DNA of 64,000 bases from Tetramitus jugosus (taxonomy: Eukaryota; Protista; Heterolobosea). The notes under the pieces were generated by a model. The model worked only from the letters and a program-made list of their open reading frames with translations, was not told where the DNA came from and did not search any database. A program made the translations under genes and the position numbers. The stretch lies in NCBI GenBank assembly GCA_937625935.1, contig OW569355.1, positions 523,101 through 587,100 of the forward strand. The letters are read 5' to 3'. Shown piece after piece: positions 53,856-64,000 of this stretch; within the stretch, counting starts at the first letter, position 1, and every line of letters starts with the position of its first letter.

Positions 53856-54878
53856 TCAATGACCAACAATTGCCTTTGCCTGGTAGGGTTCCTCCAGATA
53901 TTTCAGTTCCTCTTCGGATAATTCAATATCCAATGATTTGATACAATCGTTGATCTGTTCAATCTTGGTTACACCAATGATTGGAGAAACAACACCCTTT
54001 TTATGGAGCAACCAAGCAAGTGACAATTGAGCAGTGGTACATTGCTTCTTGTTTGAAATTTCAAGAACTCTCTGTCTGATTGTCTGATCAGCTTCAGAGA
54101 AACCAGATTGAAAGAACTTTAAATACTTATCAGTTTTGCCTCTGGTGGTATCTTGTGACTTTTCTTCAATCTTTGCCAAATCACCACGAGCCAATGGACT
54201 CCATGGAGTCAATGAGACTCCCTGATCAACACACAAAGGAATCATTTCTCTTTCTTCTTCTCTATAGAGAAGATTGTAGAGATTCTGCATTGAAATGAAT
54301 GGAGTCCACGATCTCTCCTTTGCAATTTGTTGCGCTTTTGCAAATTGCCATGCACACATGGAAGAAGCACCCAAATAACGAACCTTTCCAGATTTAACAC
54401 AATCATGAAGAGCCTCCATAGTTTCTTCAATTGGAGTCTCATTATCCCATCTATGAATGATGTACAAGTCAATGTAGTCAGTCTGAAGACGATGCAAAGA
54501 ATCTTGAACTGCATGCATAATATTCTTTCTACTCAATCCACGAGCATTTCTATCCACAGAATCAGGATTCATCACAGTATCAATCTGTTTTCCAGATTTA
54601 TCAACACCGAAATACACTTTTGTTGCAATAACAACATTCTCTCTTGGGATTTGATATTGTCTCAAAAAATTTCCCAATGTTGTTTCACTCTCTCCATTTG
54701 AATACATGTTGGCAGTATCAAAAAAGTTAATTCCGAGATCATGAGCTTCCTTCAATAACTTGATTCCCTCTTCAGGTTCTAGTACCCATGGTTCCCAATT
54801 TGAACTACCGAATGACATGCACCCTAGAGTTAATTGAGAAACTTTTAGTCCAGTGTTACCAAGTCTTTTGTATTTCAT
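53856..54878 (-). CDS. Aldo/keto reductase (YajO/aryl-alcohol dehydrogenase-like)
   Basis: GINFFDTANMYSNG, IATKV, DYIDLYIIHRWD, PWSPLARG. Confidence 0.93.
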   Translation of the reverse strand: MKYKRLGNTGLKVSQLTLGCMSFGSSNWEPWVLEPEEGIKLLKEAHDLGINFFDTANMYSNGESETTLGNFLRQYQIPRENVVIATKVYFGVDKSGKQIDTVMNPDSVDRNARGLSRKNIMHAVQDSLHRLQTDYIDLYIIHRWDNETPIEETMEALHDCVKSGKVRYLGASSMCAWQFAKAQQIAKERSWTPFISMQNLYNLLYREEEREMIPLCVDQGVSLTPWSPLARGDLAKIEEKSQDTTRGKTDKYLKFFQSGFSEADQTIRQRVLEISNKKQCTTAQLSLAWLLHKKGVVSPIIGVTKIEQINDCIKSLDIELSEEELKYLEEPYQAKAIVGH

Positions 54879-55491
54879 GTTTCTTAATTGGTTTCTTTTT
54901 CTGATTTTATTACCTTGAAGTATTCTTTTAGAGTAGTTGTTGGTTGTTGATTCTTTTTCTGTTACTATTCCATATTATCTTTTATAGTTGTATTACGGCT
55001 CTCGGCAAGGCGCAATTGGGCGAATTAATTGTTACGCATTGTGCGGAACTGTTGATGAGATATCTTTTCAACGGGCAGCGAAATCCAATTAGACAAAGGA
55101 AATTCTGATCCTTATACCAATAATTTCGCTTTTTCTGTTTGGGACCAAGAGCTATTGCAGATAGAAGATGAACCTCTTGGCAAGGAATGGACTTTGGTGT
55201 TCAGGAATCGGCAGCAACTGTTGGTGCACCAGGAACAACAGCATCAATAACACTGTCAAATGCTCATTCACAGATTGAGTTGATTGATTTTAAGGGACCA
55301 GAGTATTTGCCACTGATTCATGGACGCTAGAGACAGCTATGATAAGCGAGGAAGAGAGGGAGATCAGATCGTTCTAATACATAGTTTGTTTGATGACAGA
55401 TGGAAAAAAGGTATCGCTGTAACAGCACATGCTCAACAAAAAAGCACGAATAAAGCATGAACAGATCAAAAGTAATTAAACAAAATACAAT

Positions 55492-56526
55492 TTAATCGAT
55501 ACGAATCACAACTTTTCCAACATGTTTTTGGCTCTCCAAATGTTTGAAAGCATCTTTGGCTTCATTGAAGGAGAATACCTTGTCAATCACTGGACGAATC
55601 TGATTGTGCTCAATAGTCTTGTTCATCTCTGTGAACATTCCAAGAGAACCAATCAAAACACCTCTCAAAATAGCTGCTTTGAATAAGACTTGAATAGCAA
55701 TATTACTCTGATCTTGTTGTGTCAAAACACCAATCATATGAACGTGACCACCTGCACGTACAGAATTCAATGATTTTGGCAGAGTACCAGGTCCTCCAAC
55801 TTCTACAACATGATCAACTCCTCTTCCATTTGTGAGTTCATTCACCTTTTCATCCCAGTTTGCATTCTTTGAATAATTGATCAAATCAGTTTCTTTAACA
55901 CCGAGAGATTTAGCAATTTGCAACTTTTCATCACTGGATGATGTGACAATAACTCTGGCTCCTGCTGCCAAAGCGAATTGTATTCCAAAAACAGAAACAC
56001 CTCCTGTGCCCAAAATGAGAACAGTCTGATTAGGTCCAATATTCTGAACACCATTGTGTGCAAGTGCATTCCATGCAGTTAATGCAGCACAAGGTAGTGT
56101 TGAAGCTTCTTCATAACTCAAGAAGGAAGGGTATTTGAGGACACCAGTAGATTCAAACACACGGTACTGACACAATACACCATTCAATGATGCGCCAAGT
56201 GCATGATTCATCGAATCATGTGGAATATGTCCATCTGTCCATTTTTGAAAGAATGTTCCACATACTTTATCACCTACTTGGAAATCAGTGACATCTTCAC
56301 CGATTTGTACAATCTCACCAGCTCCATCAGAACATGGTACTACTTGAGATTCAATCTTTCCACCATATTTTCCATATGATACCATCAGATCTCTATAGTT
56401 GAGTGATACTGCATGAAGACGCACCAAAACTTGTCCTCTCTTTGGAGCTGCTACTTGTTCTGTAGTTTGTTTTAATTGTTCATATCCCTCTAGTTTCTCG
56501 AGACGATACACTTGTTGTTGGGTCAT
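55492..56526 (-). CDS. Medium-chain dehydrogenase/reductase (zinc-type ADH-like, quinone oxidoreductase)
   Basis: AVSLNYRD, PCSDGAG, LPCAALTAWNAL, GTGGVS, HVGKVVI. Confidence 0.93.
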   Translation of the reverse strand: MTQQQVYRLEKLEGYEQLKQTTEQVAAPKRGQVLVRLHAVSLNYRDLMVSYGKYGGKIESQVVPCSDGAGEIVQIGEDVTDFQVGDKVCGTFFQKWTDGHIPHDSMNHALGASLNGVLCQYRVFESTGVLKYPSFLSYEEASTLPCAALTAWNALAHNGVQNIGPNQTVLILGTGGVSVFGIQFALAAGARVIVTSSSDEKLQIAKSLGVKETDLINYSKNANWDEKVNELTNGRGVDHVVEVGGPGTLPKSLNSVRAGGHVHMIGVLTQQDQSNIAIQVLFKAAILRGVLIGSLGMFTEMNKTIEHNQIRPVIDKVFSFNEAKDAFKHLESQKHVGKVVIRID

Positions 56527-57040
56527 GTTGTTGTTTGTTTTTGTGTTTCTTTTTTAGAGATCTTTATCAAAATGCACTTGACCGATTTTAAGCTTCAGGT
56601 TTCCAATTCCGCAATTACAGCGCACTCACCTTGTAAAAGTGCTGTCGGTTCCACTACGATCCAAATGGAAAAATTTGTAAAGGGGATCTCACTGATACAA
56701 CAAATTAAAAACATGAAAGGCTGGAAGGAAATCACACCTTTTTGTTGCACCAAAGGAATAATTTTTACTACTGCTGCGCTCTGTGTAGAAACAGACTATC
56801 GCTGATTGGCTGCAACGAGAACATAAAAGTAAACTAGTTCGATCAAGATACCTTACGTTATCAGATAAAATGTTTTTTTAATTGTTTTCTTTTGATACAA
56901 TCTCTTCACAATTCTTTCATTTGCTTGGGTCGATGACATCTTTCAAGTTGTTAAGTGAAGCAAAGCAATTTGTAATTGTAAGAGATTTGATCTACGTAAC
57001 AAACGACTTATTTTGAATTTCAATTTTGTTGAAATCATCT

Positions 57041-57060
57041 GGGAGCGTCAAGATATTATA
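57041..57060 (+). repeat. Third, 1-mismatch copy of the MITE TIR (decayed element)
   Basis: GGGAGCGTCAAGATATTATA; partial inverted partner TATCTGGAC near 57117. Confidence 0.55.
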
Positions 57061-57468
57061 CATTCCCCCTTTAAATGAATAAACTTATCGACCTTCCTCT
57101 CAATCGTAAGATAGAGTATCTGGACACGCACTCTCTACCAAATTCTTTGGAGATGAAAGTTGTTTTAGCTAGTTCAACTAGAAAAGGGAACTGCAATTAA
57201 CCTGTTCCCCATACCGAAAACATACCTCATTTCAGATATTACAATTTAGTATCTCTCATGATTTGAAAGTTTTGTATCTGAGGTAGTTTTTTAGGAATAA
57301 TCCTTATAATACACCGATGAGAATTTCTCTCCCTGTTTGGGTTTCTATTCGATTCCTTGAGATATTATTTCCCAAAAACAAGTTACATCACAATTTTTCG
57401 GTTTCTTTGCACAAATGTTCTTGGGAATCAGTTCTAATGTAAAGCATTTTATCGGCCACAAGAACATA

Positions 57469-57673
57469 GGGAGCGTCCAGATATTATATTCATCTCTAAC
57501 TCCCTCCCTGCCTGTTTTGAATAAATTTGAATAACACATTTTCCTGTAAATTCGACGTTACATTAATTCTCCTACTAGGATTGGGATCAAGAGACCCCCT
57601 ATGAATAAATATTTGAATAAATTTCTCAGACCCCTCCCTAGAGGGCCGTAAGAAATAATATCTGGACGCTCCC
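57469..57673. mobile_element. 205-bp MITE, PIF/Harbinger (Tourist)-like
   Basis: Perfect 19-bp TIRs GGGAGCGTCCAGATATTAT (57469-57487 and inverted at 57655-57673); ATA on both flanks. Confidence 0.75.
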
Positions 57674-58679
57674 ATAGATAAGGTAAGTAATGCGAGCAAT
57701 ATTTGAAATTAATCCAACTAGAACCTATTTGGGCAGTTGGGACATCAGACAAGCTTGTTTCCAATATTTTATGGATGCTTTTTGTGCTATTATCATCAGA
57801 TTATTCTGGACTACGAGACTTCTGTTCCAGGACACTGAACAAGATCGGAGTGAATGAAGAAATTAGCATCGATACAAAGTGAATGATCTACATGGAAGAT
57901 GTGCCGATCTACTCCAACTCATTTGTGATTTGCTATCTGTGGAAGAGGAATTCAAAGATGATGATGTGTTGGAAATCATTGTTAAAAATTTTTGGATGGG
58001 ACACCATGTCAAATTGATTATCGGATGTAAGGTCTTTGCAAATCATAGAATTGCAGAGTCTCGACTCTCGACAATTACGATGGTGCTGAGGATGAAGAAT
58101 TGATCATGAAATAATTTGGAGATCTCTACAGTTTGAAGCAAGAGATTGATTCTGGATTGATACACTAGCATCGGAAGATATCCCTTATTGCGCAGAGTTT
58201 TGATTTCGGCCTATTGAAGAAATTATTTGATCTGATTGACAAGATACACAAGTATTTTTGTCCATATTGTACGTGTTCACTCAACATGAGAGGTATTTTT
58301 GATATGGATTGGGATGAAAGGAATATCTGGAATTTTTGGCTGTATTGCTGCGAAGCACAAGAGTATCAAGTTTGCAAACCAGGATGCAGTTTGCTTGGGA
58401 CAATTTGTTCCAGAAGCGCCATTCTTCAAACAATGGTACTGTTGGTCGAAGGAATCGATATGGAGAAGATGGTAATAGCTGAAACATTTTTAATGAAAAT
58501 ACCCTGTGAAGGAGTAATACTAACGTTTAACAATTCTAACACCTTGTTGTACATCAGGTAATGGTTTCAGTCGACGAATGCTTCTATAGACACTCCTTTG
58601 ATGGTAAAGCCATCGATAAAGTGAATCAACAAGTACGAGCAAAATTGCATTTGCCGGGATTCGAACTGCCTTTGTTGTG

Positions 58680-59910
58680 ATGGAGTCTGAAACGTATGCC
58701 GAAGCTTTGCTTCGGAACGTTCAAGCCATGCCAGTGGAGGTGGAAACAAAGCGCTTCCTTCCACGCCCACGTGACCCTAGGGTCAGCAAGAGGCTGACCA
58801 AGATGTATCAAGAGCTCCTGGCTGTGGTGGACGACCTGCGCCACCAAGTCAGTGTGTTAAAAGAAATGGTTTCCGTCAACCGGATTCCCTTCGCGTCCCC
58901 GTCTCCAAGGACGCCGGACCGAATCTCCGAATTCGAACCTTCGACTCCGTCTACGACCGATGACTGGGAGTCGATCATGCCGGATTCCCGCCCCGCCACT
59001 CCAACTACGGTCACCCAAGAGCCAACCAACAACACCATGGATGAGGATGCTCGTAACAGAGCAATCCTCGAGCTAGTATTGAACACCTCCGAGGTGTTCA
59101 AGAAAGCCAAGAAGGAGATTGCTGTCCGAGCAATCATGGTGGACCGTGCAAGAAGCACAACCACCCAAGAAGATCCAGTTGAGTTGGATCTCTGTAACCC
59201 CGACTGTGAGTTACAGAGTCCCCAACTCAACGAAAACAAGAAGCGATCAGCACGTGTCACCGTTGGTGACACTGCTGGCAACAAGATCCCGGCCAGGTTG
59301 GCCAGCATCAAGTCAGGTGCTCTCCGTGCCTGCTCTCAAACAAAAGAAAAATAAAAGTACCGCAACGTGAGCACCATTAGTTGTATTAAAAAAAAAAAAG
59401 TTTTAGGAGCAGGACGCTAAACGATAGGTTGGAACACGCTAAGCACTCTTGCCTGAGGTGGTGTGCGCTAAGAATGCACAGATTCAATATCAAACTAGGG
59501 AAGGAACGGGTCTACAACAACTGTGATGACTGCAATATCGCACGATATGTGCCGTCGGTTATCCTCAAAAAGCTCTGCCTTGGTGGTATTCAAACAGGGA
59601 CCAATTACAACAAGCTCAAAAGTCTGAAAAACATCAGAATTGAATTCCCGGGTGCAAGATCGGGACAATATCTCACGAGATGCTGAACATCATGGTGTCA
59701 CAAATACACTATTATAGTACGCGAATCGTTGTTGATTGTGCCAACACACCCCTGTTATTCGTGAGTATGAGAATCAACGCTATGTGTGGACCACAGCACC
59801 AAGAGCAGCAAGGAGGTCATCGCTTCCTACTCTCCCAAAGCCTTGGCCAAGAAGGTTGGCTTGGATTTTGGTGATTTGCTCACCAGGGTCCAAGTCATCA
59901 AGAACGCTAC
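58680..59910 (+). mobile_element. GC-richer subtelomeric element remnant (224-aa ORF to 59354 followed by frameshifted continuation), same family as 4819-5615
   Basis: LQSPQLNENKKRSARVTVGD and IPGCKIGTISHEMLNIMVSQ match the decayed ORF next to the tRNA; internal A-run near 59390. Confidence 0.5.
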
Positions 59911-62631
59911 ACTCCCACCCAGCACGAAATCTAGTCCTTCATTGTATTTGAAGTCGTGACGATAATCAGATGCTTTTGTATGATCTTTTCTATGGTTGAT
60001 AAATCGCATTTTAATTTAAAATTATTTTTCGATGCTACCTCTCAGTTGGATTATATTTCATCTGGAAGAAGACAAGTATTTTAGTTCTGTGGTGTGATGT
60101 TTCGTTCGATGAGATGAGATGTTGGAAATGGAATGAGATTGTTGTGGATATTGTGGTGTAAAATTCGTTTGGTGGGAGACTGCTCTTAATATTCATTCAC
60201 CCTTACATCTGATGTTGTCAAGTTCTCAACTTGTATTAAGTGAGTCATTGTCTATGAAACAATTGAAAGAACCTTTTAACCTCATATATGATATAATCAT
60301 CAACAACATGAGCTATATGTTCAAAATAATGAACCAATTGAATCCAATGACTTGGAAAAGGTCAGAAATTGAAGCAATGAAATTTTAAATAAAATTATTT
60401 TAAAAAATTGGTTAGTAAATAAAAGCAAACTTAAAACAAGGGATCAAGATCAAGGCAAGCTACTGAATTGGTCGATAATGAAATAATGTGAGAGAAGATC
60501 TTTTAAGTAATGGTGCTGAAGGGTAGAAAAAGAACGGGTCTCCTGAGACAATTACCGGAAAATTAATTCCTAAAACCAAAAAATGTGGAACAAGAGAGTT
60601 ATATTACATTTGTTGAAGTTCGAAGACGAAGATGAGAAGCACAGAGACTAGTACAAGTTTTTGTCATATTGGCTATTCATTTAGGCCAACGAAATGAAGT
60701 ATGCTCAATGAAGTCGCACAATGACGATTCCTTTTGCATTCATTGTATGGCTAATCGTGGAAACTGCATGCTCTGAGTAATAGTTTTGATTCATCAGGTG
60801 TTTCTCTGGACTTAGTATCTCTTTCTCAAACTCATCTAGAATCTTTCTCTTTTTTTGATGTACTCTCCATTTTGAAATTTGTGAATGAGTTCGATTACTA
60901 GAAAGTGGCAACAAACGTTGTAGGGAAAAAAAAACCAATAAAGTCGGTGAAAAACCGAATAAAGCCCTGCTGTTCGTGAGTATGAGAACCACAACCCCAA
61001 GAGGGACCAGGGTCCCAGTCATCAAGAAAGGCCACAAGAGATTTGTTGTGTGGGTAACTGTTGTTGATGAAAAATTGTTGAATTTTTTGAGCGGTTGAGC
61101 AACTAAAAGGTGAGTGACTGCAAGGCAGCGAAAGATTGTCACATTTGCAAAAAAATATGACCAATTGGCTACCTTGGAGTTGGATCAACCTGTAACTAAG
61201 TTTGTTGTATCTGATACGCTTCTCAGCAGCATTCTCATTCGTTTCTCTCAATTTCTTCAATTATCACTATTAGAAAAGTTGTTTCCCCTCTTGATTCCAT
61301 GTACCGCTACCAATATCTTTTGATATTTCGGATGACCAAGACCATCTTTTGGTGGTGTCAGTTGTAACTATTTTGAGTTACTGTAAATTAAATATTGTTT
61401 GAACAACTGGGTATCACTCATCTCCACATGCCGTTTATGAAACCACGCTAATGTGGAATCTAAACGATACCCTACTCTCACCGCTCGTTGTTTGGTACCT
61501 ACAATAGTTGCCAATACTAATGAAATAAAAAAATCGTAACTTTGGCAATATTATTATTATTTTTTATTAGTATCAAATATCTCCATCACTGTCTGATTCA
61601 TATTGTAAATGAGCGAACTTTGCCTTGAGCCTTTCCTTTTCCTTGCTGTATTTTTCTTCTGCTCTCCTAATTTGGACTTCTCGTTTTCTCTTCAGGTTGT
61701 TTCATTAGTTTAAAGTTGCCGTAGGATAGGTTAGTTGTGTCACTAGCAACTTTTTGCTTTTTCAGACTTTGGGAGTGACAATAAAGCGGAAAATCGGGAC
61801 GATATCTGAGTATCTATGTCAAGCGTGGTCATCAACGTGAGTGTGAAGGAACTCGAAAGATCCTCTGAAACAATGATTATTTGCCGAAACAAAATAACAT
61901 TCATCAAGTTATTTGACACGACTAGGATCTTGATTCACGATATTTAATACAAATCCAACATTCCTCTGAATATTGAGGGTTGTGTATTTCAAAATTTGTC
62001 TCACGTCGGGCTTTTTCCAACTCCAGCCCCATTTCTTGACTACCCCGTTCATGTTGAAGGCATCAACATGACCCATTCTTTGTGTAATCATCTGCAATTA
62101 ATGGAAAATTATCAAATCGCTGTTCTCCTTTATAGGATCTGTATGTCTGAACCACGTCATTGACATGGAGATTCGAATAGAATTTTGTTGGCTTCAATCC
62201 TTTATCCATGACGCGCAAAAAACCACTAAGTAAAAAAGAAGCTGGATAGTTTCAAACCAATGGTTTTTGTGGTACGATTGCTACGGGCTGTACTCGTGAT
62301 ACCACAACCTCTCTGTACTACATCCAAAGTCAACTTGTCACCTACATAATAATTGTCCCAAAAACAACGAAACTGTCCAGAATCCTGAGGGAGGGTTTAT
62401 CCAGTGCCGAATTGCACAACTTTCTCAAAACTTCATCTTATGCTTCCTCCCTCTTCTTGTGCATCTTGAACCAGTACAAATAACACGCTTCACACACCAG
62501 GCAGTAGAACTTTAAGCCCCATTTTGTGGGTTTGGATGGCTCGAACACCTATGTTTAGATGGACCTTGAACCATCATTTCGTCAATTGATGTATGTCTAA
62601 ATGGATGCCAATATTTCTGATTATGGTTGGA

Positions 62632-62655
62632 TTTGGGTTGGGTTTGGGTTTGGGG
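62632..62655 (+). repeat. Interstitial telomeric repeat
   Basis: TTTGGGTTGGGTTTGGGTTTGGGG. Confidence 0.75.
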
Positions 62656-63047
62656 ATACATCCTGGATTCCCCAACCTAAGGAAACGATTTCCTTATATG
62701 GTAATTTTTTTTTTGAGATTTTTTATTGCTCTAGGAGCTTCAGCTGGTTGAGATGAAGAGATTGGCGAGGTTTTCAACTCGATTTGAGCTGTATCGGCTC
62801 GTAGAGCCGATATATCTGTGCTGTATTTAACAGATTTTTATCGGCAACAGTGTTAAAACTGCAACAGATTTTAGACGATTTTGATTCTGTACTGGAGATA
62901 AGACGTACTAGTGATAAATGATTTCTTTGTTTTAGATCAGAGTATTGGGACATTATTTGATCATTTTAAACATGATTTCCTACTAACTATATTTTTTGAC
63001 TTGATGTCTTATGACTTGATTTTTCTGAAATTTTGACTGACTTGATT

Positions 63048-63064
63048 TTTGGGTTTGGGTTTGG
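63048..63064 (+). repeat. Interstitial telomeric repeat
   Basis: TTTGGGTTTGGGTTTGG. Confidence 0.7.
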
Positions 63065-63281
63065 TGTTACACAAGCACTGCACCGGAGAGACTAGGTAAA
63101 CGAGCTATCCTTGCACTGACAGCGTTAGCTGGCAGTTTTGACTAGAGGAGGTAGGGAAATGAAAGCATGTGATGAGAAGAGTGATTTTATTTACAATACG
63201 GGTTAATCGGGAGGGTTCTGCTGTGAAGTTGGTTTTGTTTCGTATTTTGATGAAAATTTCGATTTTTGAAACCAAAGTTGA

Positions 63282-64000
63282 TTTGGGTTTGGGTTTGGGT
63301 TTGGGTTTGGGTTTGGGTTTGGGTTTGGGTTTGGGTTTGGGTTTGGGTTTGGGTTTGGGTTTGGGTTTGGGTTTGGGTTTGGGTTTGGGTTTGGGTTTGG
63401 GTTTGGGTTTGGGTTTGGGTTTGGGTTTGGGTTTGGGTTTGGGTTTGGGTTTGGGTTTGGGTTTGGGTTTGGGTTTGGGTTTGGGTTTGGGTTTGGGTTT
63501 GGGTTTGGGTTTGGGTTTGGGTTTGGGTTTGGGTTTGGGTTTGGGTTTGGGTTTGGGTTTGGGTTTGGGTTTGGGTTTGGGTTTGGGTTTGGGTTTGGGT
63601 TTGGGTTTGGGTTTGGGTTTGGGTTTGGGTTTGGGTTTGGGTTTGGGTTTGGGTTTGGGTTTGGGTTTGGGTTTGGGTTTGGGTTTGGGTTTGGGTTTGG
63701 GTTTGGGTTTGGGTTTGGGTTTGGGTTTGGGTTTGGGTTTGGGTTTGGGTTTGGGTTTGGGTTTGGGTTTGGGTTTGGGTTTGGGTTTGGGTTTGGGTTT
63801 GGGTTTGGGTTTGGGTTTGGGTTTGGGTTTGGGTTTGGGTTTGGGTTTGGGTTTGGGTTTGGGTTTGGGTTTGGGTTTGGGTTTGGGTTTGGGTTTGGGT
63901 TTGGGTTTGGGTTTGGGTTTGGGTTTGGGTTTGGGTTTGGGTTTGGGTTTGGGTTTGGGTTTGGGTTTGGGTTTGGGTTTGGGTTTGGGTTTGGGTTTGG
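63282..64000 (+). repeat. Telomere (TTTGGG)n, about 120 units to the window edge
   Basis: Homogeneous hexamer array, G-rich strand running 5'->3' toward the end. Confidence 0.98.

Noticed and set aside
57558-57764. WERPDII as a PD-(D/E)xK endonuclease motif of an R2-like element
   Set aside because: It is simply the translation of the MITE TIR, present in both orientations
57780-58561. Short ORFs in the subtelomere
   Set aside because: Fragmented, no recognisable domain; probably pseudogene debris that cannot be assigned
63282-64000. Ciliate (Paramecium) origin suggested by TTTGGG
   Set aside because: Conserved genes terminate at TAA/TAG and introns are 65-174 nt, incompatible with Paramecium

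Overview
Eukaryotic, gene-dense chromosome end that uses the standard genetic code, has short GT-AG introns and ends in a (TTTGGG)n telomere (63282-64000). The actin sequence and gene style suggest a heterolobosean amoeba (Naegleria/Acrasis-like); this is inference. From 0.7 to 56.5 kb lie about 35 tightly packed genes, including RPL18A, actin, PITHD1, a DEDDy exonuclease, a RegA-like PDE fused to an Hpt domain, CtIP/Sae2, VAMP7, PCC1, cofilin, YqgF, PET127, PUF6, RUVBL1 and MPS1. From 56.5 to 63.3 kb is a degenerate subtelomere. The most striking structure lies between actin and a tRNA-Arg(ACG) gene. A 5'-truncated non-LTR retrotransposon with a poly(A) tail and a perfect 15-bp TSD sits 43 bp upstream of the tRNA with its 5' end facing it, the same geometry as Dictyostelium TRE5. 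It is stacked on an older decayed element whose relative recurs in the subtelomere. Other highlights are the REC-PDE-pseudoREC-Hpt fusion, a Harbinger-like MITE, a beta-propeller/CBM52-like secreted protein and a run of mitochondrial RNA-processing genes.
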